Positions 26,849-35,415 of a DNA stretch of 36,197 nucleotides are shown in pieces (positions within the stretch are counted from its first letter, which is position 1; every line of letters begins with the position of its first letter). The translations under genes and the position numbers were made by a program. The notes under the pieces are model-generated. The model searched no databases and was not told the origin of the DNA. It worked only from the letters and a program-made list of their open reading frames with translations. The DNA comes from Myxococcota bacterium (GTDB lineage: Bacteria > Myxococcota_A > Polyangia > HGW-17): assembly GCA_018821745.1 (NCBI GenBank), contig JAHJLU010000009.1, positions 1 through 36,197 of the forward strand, read 5' to 3'.

Positions 26849-28621
26849 ATGGAGAATCTTGAAGAAATGACCGAAAACACTATGTCTTTTGCAGAAATGC
26901 TGGAGGGTTCCACAAAACAGCTCCGCCCCCATACGATCGTAAAGGGGAAAGTTATTGAAATTCGTAAAAAAGAAGGAAAGGTAATCATCGACATCGGCTA
27001 CAAATCCGAGGGCGAGATCGCCATCTCTGAATTTTACGATATTGCCAATAACGTCACCACTAAAGTTGGGGACGAAATTGAAGTTTTCATTGAAGAACTT
27101 CAGAGCCGCGACGACATGGTCAGACTCTCGAAGGAGAAAGCCGATCGTCAGAAGGTGTGGGAAGACATCTCCTCTGCCATCGACAAGGAAAGCGAGATCG
27201 AAGGCACCGTCAAACAGAAGGTCAAAGGCGGCCTGAGCGTCCTCATCAAGGGCGGAGTCAAAGCCTTCCTTCCCGGCAGCCAGGTCGATCTTCGCCCCGT
27301 ACAGAACCTTGATCAGTTCGTTGGCGCCACCTATAAATTCAAGATTATCAAGTTCAATAAAAAGCGTGGCAATATCGTGCTCTCCCGGCGGGCCATCCTT
27401 GAAAAAGAACGTAACGAGAAGAAAGCCGACACCCTGGCCCGCCTCCGTGAAGGTGAAGTGGTCAAGGGAACCGTCAAAAACGTCACAGATTACGGTGCAT
27501 TCATCGATCTTGGCGGCGTTGATGGCCTCCTCCATATCACCGATATGTCCTGGGGTCGCGTGACCAATCCCAAGGAGCTCCTGCGCGTCAATGACCTCAT
27601 CGACGTAAAGGTACTCAAATACGATCCTGATCACGAAAAAGTATCCCTTGGCCTCAAGCAGATCACCGACGATCCGTGGATCACCGCCCAGGAACGCTAC
27701 AAACCCGGCACCGTTGTCCGTGGTAAAGTTGTCAGCCTGAAAGATTACGGCGCATTTATCGAACTGGAAGAGGGCATCGAGGGGCTTATCCATATCTCCG
27801 AGATGAGCTGGACCAAACACGTGAAACATCCTTCCCAGGTCCTCGACAAGAGCGACATCGTGGAAGCGGTTGTTCTGGACATCGACGCCACCAACACCCG
27901 TATCTCCCTTGGTATCAAGCAGCTTGAGCCCAACCCCTACGACGTACTCAAAGAGAAATATCCCATTGGCGCACGCGTCCAGGGTAAAGTTCGCAATATC
28001 GCTGACTTCGGCGTATTCATCGAGATCGAAGAGGGCATTGACGGCCTCGTTCACATCTCCGACCTCTCCTGGACCCAGCGGGTAAAACACCCCTCTGAGA
28101 TCTACAACAAGGGCGACGATGTGGAAGTAGTGGTTCTGAACATTGACATCGAGCAGGAGAAACCCAAAATCTCCCTTGGTATCAAACAGCTCGTTCCCGA
28201 TCCCTGGGGATTCATTCCCAGCAAGTATGGTGTTGGCTCCATCGTGGACGGCACCATCCTGAAAGTGCTGGAATTCGGTGCCTTTATTGAACTTGAAGAG
28301 GGCGTGGACGGCTTGGTTCACATCTCCGAGATCAGCGAAGATCACGTGGAAGACCCCAAAGAAGTTCTCACCCAGGGTGAAGTAGTCCAGGTCGCCATCA
28401 TCGGCCTCGACGCCAATGAGCGTCGCATCTCCCTCTCCATCAAAGCCGCCAAGAGAGTGGAACAGCTCTCCACAGCCCAGGGCATCACCGGTGCCGGACC
28501 CAAGTCCACCTTCGGTGATGTTTTCGGCAACATGCTCAAAGGCGCCATCAAAAAAGAAGACGAAGTTGAAGAAAACGTTGAAGAAAACGTTGAAGAAAAA
28601 GAAACAGACCCTGTGGAGTAA
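26849..28621 (+). CDS. rpsA: 30S ribosomal protein S1 (six S1 domains)
   Basis: Six repeats of the G.V..V.D(Y/F)GAFI(D/E)L..G(I/V)(D/E)GL(I/V)HISE(M/I)S pattern are present, followed by an acidic C-terminal tail. An alternative start is the ATG at 26882 (MSFAEMLEGS). Confidence 0.96.
   Translation: MENLEEMTENTMSFAEMLEGSTKQLRPHTIVKGKVIEIRKKEGKVIIDIGYKSEGEIAISEFYDIANNVTTKVGDEIEVFIEELQSRDDMVRLSKEKADRQKVWEDISSAIDKESEIEGTVKQKVKGGLSVLIKGGVKAFLPGSQVDLRPVQNLDQFVGATYKFKIIKFNKKRGNIVLSRRAILEKERNEKKADTLARLREGEVVKGTVKNVTDYGAFIDLGGVDGLLHITDMSWGRVTNPKELLRVNDLIDVKVLKYDPDHEKVSLGLKQITDDPWITAQERYKPGTVVRGKVVSLKDYGAFIELEEGIEGLIHISEMSWTKHVKHPSQVLDKSDIVEAVVLDIDATNTRISLGIKQLEPNPYDVLKEKYPIGARVQGKVRNIADFGVFIEIEEGIDGLVHISDLSWTQRVKHPSEIYNKGDDVEVVVLNIDIEQEKPKISLGIKQLVPDPWGFIPSKYGVGSIVDGTILKVLEFGAFIELEEGVDGLVHISEISEDHVEDPKEVLTQGEVVQVAIIGLDANERRISLSIKAAKRVEQLSTAQGITGAGPKSTFGDVFGNMLKGAIKKEDEVEENVEENVEEKETDPVE
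28565..28600 (+). repeat. 12-bp tandem repeat x3 within the rpsA 3' end
   Basis: GTTGAAGAAAAC occurs twice (28565..28576 and 28577..28588), then GTTGAAGAAAAA (28589..28600). It encodes (VEEN)2VEEK in the acidic tail. Confidence 0.85.
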
Positions 28622-28630
28622 TCTCCTCCT

Positions 28631-29215
28631 TTGTCCCTCCCTCTCTCCCTTTCAACACTGATAAAACGCTTCTCATCGGGTGATTCTCTCGAGGGGGCAA
28701 TCCTTGTGTATCATCAGGAACTCCTCAAGTGGAACCAGCGCATCAACCTGGTCTCCCGCAAAGAGACCGATCTGTATCACCACTTTGAAGACAGCCTCCA
28801 CTTTGCCATCACGCTGCCTTTGGGGGCTCAGGTGGTTGATGTGGGTTCCGGCGGGGGATTTCCCGGCCTCGTGTCCCAGATCGCCCGCCCCGACTGCCAC
28901 TTCACACTCTTTGAACCCACCCAGAAGAAGGTGGCTTTTTTGCAGCACATCGCCGTAAGGCTGGCCCCCACTGCGACCATCCGCTGCGAGCGGGTGGAGG
29001 GTCCTCCCGGGCCCGAGTTTTTCGGCCACGCAGTGTGTAAAGCCTTCACGGATCTTCACTCCTGGGAGACCCTCATGACCGGTCGTGCCAAAGAGCTGTG
29101 GTTTCTTGCCTCTCAGCCACAGATGGAGTCCATGGGGTCCCTCTGGCACGTACACAGTGAGTGGCACCACGAAACACACGGACGACGTTATCTGCTGCAC
29201 AAAACCTGCAACTGA
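28631..29215 (+). CDS. rsmG: 16S rRNA (guanine527-N7)-methyltransferase RsmG/GidB
   Basis: The motif LLKWNQRINLVS and the SAM-binding motif VVDVGSGGGFPGL are present. The only in-frame start is the TTG at 28631, 9 nt after the rpsA stop. Confidence 0.85.
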   Translation: MSLPLSLSTLIKRFSSGDSLEGAILVYHQELLKWNQRINLVSRKETDLYHHFEDSLHFAITLPLGAQVVDVGSGGGFPGLVSQIARPDCHFTLFEPTQKKVAFLQHIAVRLAPTATIRCERVEGPPGPEFFGHAVCKAFTDLHSWETLMTGRAKELWFLASQPQMESMGSLWHVHSEWHHETHGRRYLLHKTCN

Positions 29216-29265
29216 CCGTTTTTTTCACCCTGTTACTCGAATAACTATTGAAATCGTAAAAGAAA

Positions 29266-30333
29266 TCAGAAGCGGAACATGGCGTTGACACCACAGAAGG
29301 TGCCCGTGCACATGGGGAAGAAGGTGAAGGTTTTTGCACTGGGGACATCGGCGGCGGGGGTACCCGCATCGGAGGAAGAGGAGTCCCCCGTAAGGAAAAT
29401 GGCGAGCACCGTGGCGGCGGCGGCAATAACCGCGACACCCAGGCCAATATCGGAATACAGCGCGGCATCCTCACCATCGGACTTCAGTGTTTTCAGGGTG
29501 TTTTGATTGGCACCGGTGACGTTCTTGTCGTCGTATTCGCTCTGCTTGTCCAGCGCCGTCTTGCCAAAGTAACCCATGGCCCCCAGGCCCAGCACTGTGG
29601 CGCCTACGCCTGTGTAAAACCACCATTTCTTGTAAAAGGGCGTGGCTACGGGAGCGGTCACGGGGTCTTTCTTCGGGGTGATCAGGGTGGGGTCTTTTTT
29701 GGGGTCTTTTTCGGGAATGACCACGGGGTCTTTTTTGGGGACCACAGCGGTGCTGGTGGAGACAAGGGTCAATTCAAGGAACTTCATCTCGCCCTTATCA
29801 ACAGTAACCTTGGTGGTCTGAGTCTTGGACCCCTCTTTTTTGATGACCAGCAGGTGGGTCCCCGGAGTCACATAGAGCACCACGGGGCTGACACCCTCGG
29901 GCTTACCGGAGAATGTGTCCACCAGAATCTCTGCACCTTCCGGGTTGGTGATCACCGAGATGCGACCCATGACCTTTTCTTTGGCCTTCTGCTCATCGAG
30001 GGCCTTCTCCATGGCGGCTATCTGCTTGACAACCTCTTCTTTGTAGACGGAGGAGGGGAATTTGGCCAAAAAACGCTTATAGAAGAAGACGGCCTTGTCG
30101 TAGTTTTTGAGGTATCGATGACACTGGGCAATGTTGAAATACATCTCGTATTTCTGACTCAGATCAAAGGCCTTCTCGTAAAGCTTCAGCGCCTTGGAGA
30201 ACTCGCTCTTGTCGTAGGCTTTCTCGGCCTTGTCATAGAACTCTTTGGCTTTCTTAATATTGGCTCCCATGGCCGAGAAGGAAAAACTGAGAAGTGTAAT
30301 AGTAATAATCGAGGAAATAAGTCTCTTTAGCAT
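29266..30333 (-). CDS. Secreted/membrane TPR + PEGA domain protein
   Basis: ATG at 30333 has AGGAG 6 nt upstream and lies 8 nt after the kinase stop. The protein has a signal peptide, TPR-like helices (YDKAEKAYDKSEFSKALKLYEKA..), a PEGA domain (ISVITNPEGAEILVD), a (K)KDP-repeat linker and C-terminal hydrophobic helices. Confidence 0.85.
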   Translation of the reverse strand: MLKRLISSIITITLLSFSFSAMGANIKKAKEFYDKAEKAYDKSEFSKALKLYEKAFDLSQKYEMYFNIAQCHRYLKNYDKAVFFYKRFLAKFPSSVYKEEVVKQIAAMEKALDEQKAKEKVMGRISVITNPEGAEILVDTFSGKPEGVSPVVLYVTPGTHLLVIKKEGSKTQTTKVTVDKGEMKFLELTLVSTSTAVVPKKDPVVIPEKDPKKDPTLITPKKDPVTAPVATPFYKKWWFYTGVGATVLGLGAMGYFGKTALDKQSEYDDKNVTGANQNTLKTLKSDGEDAALYSDIGLGVAVIAAAATVLAIFLTGDSSSSDAGTPAADVPSAKTFTFFPMCTGTFCGVNAMFRF

Positions 30334-30341
30334 TGTTGCTC

Positions 30342-31940
30342 CTACCACATTACTTTGATGGTGCCTTCACCGATCATCGTATTTTTAGGCACCATGGGTT
30401 TCATCACCGTGACCACCTTCATAACCATGGGTGGCTTGGGTTTCATGGGCGTTCTCACATGGTGCCCGTGGGTCTTTACGAGAGGCTGTAATACCACTAT
30501 TTTATCAGACTCTACAGTGAATTTTTGCGGTGCGCCAAATTTTGCAAGGGTGGGTTTCAGGATCACGCTGGAACCATCCTTCAGCCGCACGGTGAAGGGA
30601 GTCTTCATTATCTTCGCCTTTTGCGCGCCAACGGTGATGGAGACCTCAGTTTTCACGCTGGTACTGGTGGAGACGCTGAGCGCAAATTCCTTCACGACTT
30701 TCATGGAGACCATGGGGGGAACCATGACCGGGACCATGGGGACGGTCATGACTGCGGCCTGCATGGGGGCACTAGTGGCCGGTGTTGTTTTTTTGAATTC
30801 AACCTTCCCCTCCCCCTCTCTCGATTTCATATAGAAGTAGCCGCCGACCAGGATGGCGATGATTGCCACCACTCCAGCGGCAATGAAAACTCCCTTTTTA
30901 CCCGGTCCGGAGATGCTCTCTCCTTCAACCTGCGTCCCCGAGGGAGAGGACATCCCCGCTGTGGAACCCGCGCCTTTGACAGCGAGGGTTGCGTTGAGGG
31001 CCGAGGCGGCACTTTTTGTCCCGGCAAAACTGGAATTTATCATTACATCCGAGAGATTCTCCAGCGCGGCGTCAAAAGCGCGGGAGAAATCTCCAGCGGT
31101 CTGGTATCGATCGTCGGGATCTTTTGCCAGGCTTTTTTCGATAACCTGCCACACAAAGGCCGGGAAATCGGGAAGATATTCGAAGATGGGGGTGGGCGGC
31201 TCCGCGATATGCATCACCAGCACTTTGGGAACAATGTCCGCCTCGATGGGGAGTCGCTCCGACAGCATCTGGTAGACAATGATCCCCAGCGCGTAAATAT
31301 CGGACCGGGCAGAGATAGCCTTGACATCCCCCGCCGCCTGCTCGGGGCACATGTAGGAGGGTGTCCCCATGATAAGCCCCGTGGCGGTCTTGTGCTTGGC
31401 CCCAAAATCCGGCTCCAGCAGCTTGGCCACGCCGAAGTCCAGCACTTTGATGCTGGAGGATCCGTCGCCGGGGTCGGTGATGAAGATGTTATCCGGTTTC
31501 AGGTCGCGGTGCACAATGCCCACAGAATGCGCCGCATCAAGGGCGCTGCAGATTTGCCGCAGGAGCCTGGCTGTCATTTCCAGGCTCATCTTGCGGTGAT
31601 CGAGCATAAAGCCGGAGAGGTCAGCCCCTTCGAGGTACTCCATGGTGAGATAGAGCCTCCCGTCGGGGAGTTTGCCAAAATCGAACACCTGAATAATGTT
31701 CGGATGGCTGATCTTATTGACGGCCTTGGCTTCGGAGAGAAACCGGTCCGCCATTTCCGGGTTGGCACTCAGGGAGGCGATGAGAACCTTGATGGCGACT
31801 TTTCGCCCAATCTGGGGATGCTCGCCCAGGTATACCTGGCCCATGGCACCTTCGCCTAAAAGCTCGATTACTTCGTAATTACCTACGGTTGTACCAATAA
31901 GAGGATCATTCTGTTCCATGTGGACACCATTTTGCATCAC
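30342..31940 (-). CDS. Hanks-type Ser/Thr protein kinase with one TM helix and a Met/His-rich periplasmic PEGA-like domain
   Basis: Kinase motifs present: GEGAMGQVYLG, VAIKVL, HRDLKPDNIF, DFGVAK, GTPSYMCPEQ. The TM segment is VFIAAGVVAIIAILVGGYFY. The start is ambiguous (GTG 31940, ATG 31937 or ATG 31919). Confidence 0.93.
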   Translation of the reverse strand: MMQNGVHMEQNDPLIGTTVGNYEVIELLGEGAMGQVYLGEHPQIGRKVAIKVLIASLSANPEMADRFLSEAKAVNKISHPNIIQVFDFGKLPDGRLYLTMEYLEGADLSGFMLDHRKMSLEMTARLLRQICSALDAAHSVGIVHRDLKPDNIFITDPGDGSSSIKVLDFGVAKLLEPDFGAKHKTATGLIMGTPSYMCPEQAAGDVKAISARSDIYALGIIVYQMLSERLPIEADIVPKVLVMHIAEPPTPIFEYLPDFPAFVWQVIEKSLAKDPDDRYQTAGDFSRAFDAALENLSDVMINSSFAGTKSAASALNATLAVKGAGSTAGMSSPSGTQVEGESISGPGKKGVFIAAGVVAIIAILVGGYFYMKSREGEGKVEFKKTTPATSAPMQAAVMTVPMVPVMVPPMVSMKVVKEFALSVSTSTSVKTEVSITVGAQKAKIMKTPFTVRLKDGSSVILKPTLAKFGAPQKFTVESDKIVVLQPLVKTHGHHVRTPMKPKPPMVMKVVTVMKPMVPKNTMIGEGTIKVMW

Positions 31941-32447
31941 ACCGTGACGGGATGTGACCGTTCACACGACCTTTGCAGCAAACCGAGAGACTCCGCAATG
32001 AATCTGTCGAAAGGGAAAAACTGCAATGCCATGATCCAGAGCTATATTCCTGTAAATACGACAATTTGTCAAGATTCATCGTTCATCGGTGAGCGCACGA
32101 ATCCTCACATTCCAGGACGGTGACATCCAACGCCCGGCTCAGACAACTGGATGTATTGCGCAAATTTTTAACCAGGTAAATCAACACAATGAGCCGCATC
32201 GGGCGGCCACGGTCACAGGATTTTTATCATCTCGCACTATGGTATAGCACTCTTCAGCCATAATTCCACAGTGTATTGGGGAAGTGAACCTGACACCTCC
32301 ACGTGACCACCACCACTCTTCGCTCCTTTTTTCCTTTTCAAGGGGGAAAAAAAACATAAAGTGGTAAAACCCGCTTCGTTCACCCCCTGCCTGATCCTCC
32401 CGGGAGCGGGTCTGAAGTCGAACGCACCAGTACCAACGGAGAACCCC

Positions 32448-33083
32448 ATGCGCACAATCCTCATTATCTCATTATTTTTCGGACTGCTGACCTCATGCAA
32501 GAAAACTTCCGATACGAAAAATCAAGAGCCCGTGAAAAAACCCGTGCTCAAAACCCAAATGGACAAAGAGCCTCCCAAGCTCGCAGAGAAACCCAAGGTG
32601 GCAACACCGAAAAAGGTCGAGCCACCGAAAAAAATCTCCATCGTCCCCGCTGACGCCGTGGAGGTCAAGACACCCATTGTTCACAAAACCTTCACTTTGA
32701 ACAAAGAGCCCATGATCGCCATGGAATCCCTCACCATGGAAGCGGCTAAAAAACTCCGTGGCTACAACAAAAAAGTTCCTCTGGGCATCACCGTTGTGTT
32801 CAAAAAGAATGGTGACATCCACAAAATCGAAATCTCCTCCCACAGCGAGACTCCCGACTTCATCACCCGCATCGAGAAGGAGTGGATCCCGAAATTCAAC
32901 GACCTGCTCCACACAAAACCCATAGTGGGACCCAAGGGGAAAGCCATCGACGCCCTCTCCGAGGCCACCATGTCCACGGATGCCATCCTGAAGACCGTTG
33001 ATCTCATGAGGAACGCCTACCTGAAAAACTTTGTAAAGACCGGGAAAAAGGCAAAAAAGAAGGGGAAAAAAGGCGGCAAGTAG
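32448..33083 (+). CDS. Lys/Pro-rich lipoprotein of unknown function
   Basis: ATG at 32448 follows GGAGA. The lipobox is FFGLLTSC. A PK-rich linker and a polybasic tail (KKAKKKGKKGGK) are present. Confidence 0.7.
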   Translation: MRTILIISLFFGLLTSCKKTSDTKNQEPVKKPVLKTQMDKEPPKLAEKPKVATPKKVEPPKKISIVPADAVEVKTPIVHKTFTLNKEPMIAMESLTMEAAKKLRGYNKKVPLGITVVFKKNGDIHKIEISSHSETPDFITRIEKEWIPKFNDLLHTKPIVGPKGKAIDALSEATMSTDAILKTVDLMRNAYLKNFVKTGKKAKKKGKKGGK

Positions 33084-33090
33084 AGTAATG

Positions 33091-33453
33091 TCACTTCACC
33101 GTAAAGGTGAGCTCAGTCCCGTGCTTTCCCGACTTTGAACATTCCCGCCACATTTTAATCATTGCCTTTTTTGCCGTAATTTTCACTTTAAAGGCTGCAA
33201 AATATTTTCCCCTGCCCTTTTTTGACCAACTGATCTTCGAGACCTTCTTGACCCCGATCCATTTGAAATTCACCTCGTCGATATCGAGAACACAGGGGTG
33301 ATGGATCCATTTGATACTGGCAGTAACCGAGACCGTATCTCCCACCTTCACGGTGGTCTTTTCCGCCTTGAGCTTCTGGATGCACGCCTCGGAGGTGGCG
33401 GGCAGTGTAATAAGTCCGAACAGGGTGATAAGAGCAACAAGGGTATGTTTCAT
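33091..33453 (-). CDS. Small secreted protein of unknown function
   Basis: ATG at 33453 has GGAGA 7 nt upstream. The signal peptide is MKHTLVALITLFGLITLPATSEA. The mature part is beta-rich with 3 Cys. Confidence 0.6.
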   Translation of the reverse strand: MKHTLVALITLFGLITLPATSEACIQKLKAEKTTVKVGDTVSVTASIKWIHHPCVLDIDEVNFKWIGVKKVSKISWSKKGRGKYFAAFKVKITAKKAMIKMWRECSKSGKHGTELTFTVK

Positions 33454-33531
33454 GAAATATCTCCAGTGGGCTTCTTTTTACGCCCTCTTGGTTTTACGCC
33501 GGGGGCTGAAAAAATTCAAAGGCATGATTAC

Positions 33532-34845
33532 TTAATAGATTAGTCGCAGAACGACTCGGGCACCATGGCTCAGGGGGAGGCTCCCGGCGGCAAGGTTGAT
33601 GAGCGAGTATATTGCGCGGAACTGGTACTTTGTCTTGCCCCAAATGAACCAGGTGAGACCGGCCTCCAGCTCGTCGTCAATAGAGTCACGGGGATCGCGG
33701 TCCGTGTGGTAGTGGTACCCCGTGTCAAACCGGATACTCCTGTACCGGAGCCGGAGCATCATGGAGAACACTTGACCGTCATACATTCCGTAGCGCTGCC
33801 GTGACCCCACATCATATCCTTCAAAGAGTGACGCGAAGTGGAGATCGGAATCAGATGTGGTGATGGCCCCTGAGTACATCGGGTGAAGCACCAGGTGAGC
33901 GCCTCCGATCTTGATACGGTGGCGAATACCCAGAGAGAGCGCCGGAATAAACGACTGGTCATGGATTTTGTAGGCGCCTGAGAGTTCGGCCTCATAGGAG
34001 GTCGACTCGCTGCCAAGAAGAGGCCCCATGGCATACAGGGAGAGGAAGTTGGTGGTGAGGTTCTCCGGGTATGCAGCGGGCAAGGTGGTCGTGTCAGCGG
34101 GTTGCCCGTCGAGACGCGAGTACTGAAACAGGTTCATGAGGCTGATCTTGTGGGGCCTGAAATGCTTAATATTGAGGACCGCCCCGGCCATGAGATAATC
34201 ACCGTACCCTGCACTACACAGGCGTTTCCAGCTCTTGCGCTTCTCATAATATTGTTCGTAACCGCAGCCCAGGGTCTCCCGGGTGAGCTCCGTGGCCATG
34301 ACTCCCCCAAAAAGTTCAAAGGTTACTTTTTTGGAGAGCTTCTTCGAGACCTTGACGGCGTCGAAGAAGTTATCGAGGATGGACTGGGTCCCAAAGACCA
34401 GATTCTGCCGGCCAAGCTTCACGTTCATGTCCCACTTGTCCATGGAGAGGGAGAGGCCACGCAACTGGGGGACCGTCTCCATGCCATTTTTGTAGGAGAT
34501 AGCCCAGGCATTGCAGTTGGCCACGTCCCTGCGCTGCTTCACTTCTCCCTCAAAGTAGAGGTTGAGCCAGCTCATGGAGTCATCAGGGGTGTAGGTCACA
34601 ATGGACCTGACCGCACCAAATCCATTGAACACATTATTGGTCTGGGGAGGATCCACCGAGATATCCTTCTCGCGGACGAAATATTGTCCGGTCCTGAATT
34701 CGATCCCCCAGTAGAGTTCTTTTTCCCCTACCTGTCGGAGATTTGCCGGCAACTGGGAGGGGCAATTTTTTGCAAAGGCAGGCGCCGCTGTCAGCAGCAC
34801 AAAAAACAGCACACTCCATCCTTGATTGAACGGGATTCTCCTCAT
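33532..34845 (-). CDS. Putative outer-membrane beta-barrel protein
   Basis: The signal peptide ends AAPAFA|KN. Alternating hydrophobic beta-strand patterns run throughout. The C-terminus ends in an aromatic residue (VVLRLIY). ATG at 34845; the track TTG at 34854 is an alternative start. Confidence 0.7.
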   Translation of the reverse strand: MRRIPFNQGWSVLFFVLLTAAPAFAKNCPSQLPANLRQVGEKELYWGIEFRTGQYFVREKDISVDPPQTNNVFNGFGAVRSIVTYTPDDSMSWLNLYFEGEVKQRRDVANCNAWAISYKNGMETVPQLRGLSLSMDKWDMNVKLGRQNLVFGTQSILDNFFDAVKVSKKLSKKVTFELFGGVMATELTRETLGCGYEQYYEKRKSWKRLCSAGYGDYLMAGAVLNIKHFRPHKISLMNLFQYSRLDGQPADTTTLPAAYPENLTTNFLSLYAMGPLLGSESTSYEAELSGAYKIHDQSFIPALSLGIRHRIKIGGAHLVLHPMYSGAITTSDSDLHFASLFEGYDVGSRQRYGMYDGQVFSMMLRLRYRSIRFDTGYHYHTDRDPRDSIDDELEAGLTWFIWGKTKYQFRAIYSLINLAAGSLPLSHGARVVLRLIY

Positions 34846-34866
34846 GGGCAACAACTCCGGGCTCTC

Positions 34867-35415
34867 TCAGGTGGTTTCACCAGGCTCAGCGGGTCCTTCG
34901 AAAATGGCGGTGTTGGGGCAGAACTCAAGCTCCACACACTCTCCACAGTGGGAACAGAGGGTCTGATCAATGCGGGCACGGTTCTCGTCGTTGAAGATCT
35001 CGATGGCCGTTACCCCGGGGCCCTGCTCGGAGACCGGCGCATGGCAGATGTCGTAGCAGGACATGCAGTTCACGCAGGTGTCGAGGTTCACCAGATACTT
35101 ATAGGGGTGCACCCCGTCGTCATCGGGCTGCTGGATGATACTATTGTATTCACAGAGGAAAAAACATTTCCCACAGCGCAGGCACTTATCCTGATTCACA
35201 ATGAGGGCTCTACGCTCCCCCGCGGGAATGGTGATGGCTTTTTTGCCGCACTGACTCACACATATTCCACAACCCGTACACAATTCAGGGGTGATAAAAT
35301 AGGGATACAGTGACTCGCAGTCACCCTGGCACTCTTCTTTGATACTGCCGCAGGAGAGGGCTTTCGCTGCCAGGAACGTGCCACCCGCCACCGTAAAAAA
35401 GGCTCGACGATCCAT
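34867..35415 (-). CDS. Tat-exported polyferredoxin, four [4Fe-4S] binding motifs (NrfC/HybA-like size)
   Basis: The twin-arginine signal is MDRRAFFTVAGG. The four cluster motifs are CTGCGICVSQC, CLRCGKCFFLC, CVNCMSCYDIC and CSHCGECVELEFCP. No CxxCH heme motif is present. The start overlaps the upstream stop (TAATG at 35417..35413). Confidence 0.88.
   Translation of the reverse strand: MDRRAFFTVAGGTFLAAKALSCGSIKEECQGDCESLYPYFITPELCTGCGICVSQCGKKAITIPAGERRALIVNQDKCLRCGKCFFLCEYNSIIQQPDDDGVHPYKYLVNLDTCVNCMSCYDICHAPVSEQGPGVTAIEIFNDENRARIDQTLCSHCGECVELEFCPNTAIFEGPAEPGETT

Noticed and set aside
26813-28345. 510-aa ORF antisense to rpsA (similar cases: 25488..26786 opposite ahcY, 23615..24997 opposite the peptidase, 30525..31859 opposite the kinase, 34102..35313 opposite the barrel/ferredoxin genes, 6675..7874 opposite the CoADR-rhodanese gene, 8237..8965 opposite the phosphatase gene)
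   Set aside because: In every case the opposite strand encodes a protein with clear family signatures and a proper RBS. The antisense products have no recognisable domains and biased composition.
31941-32447. 506-bp intergenic region with small ORFs (31920..32123 plus strand, 32237..32500 minus strand) and an A/T-run hairpin near 32325..32355
   Set aside because: The small ORFs lack RBS and features. The hairpin is formed by T- and A-runs themselves and lacks a flanking U-tract. I saw no tRNA-like or known ncRNA signature. These are most likely divergent promoter regions for the kinase operon and the lipoprotein gene.
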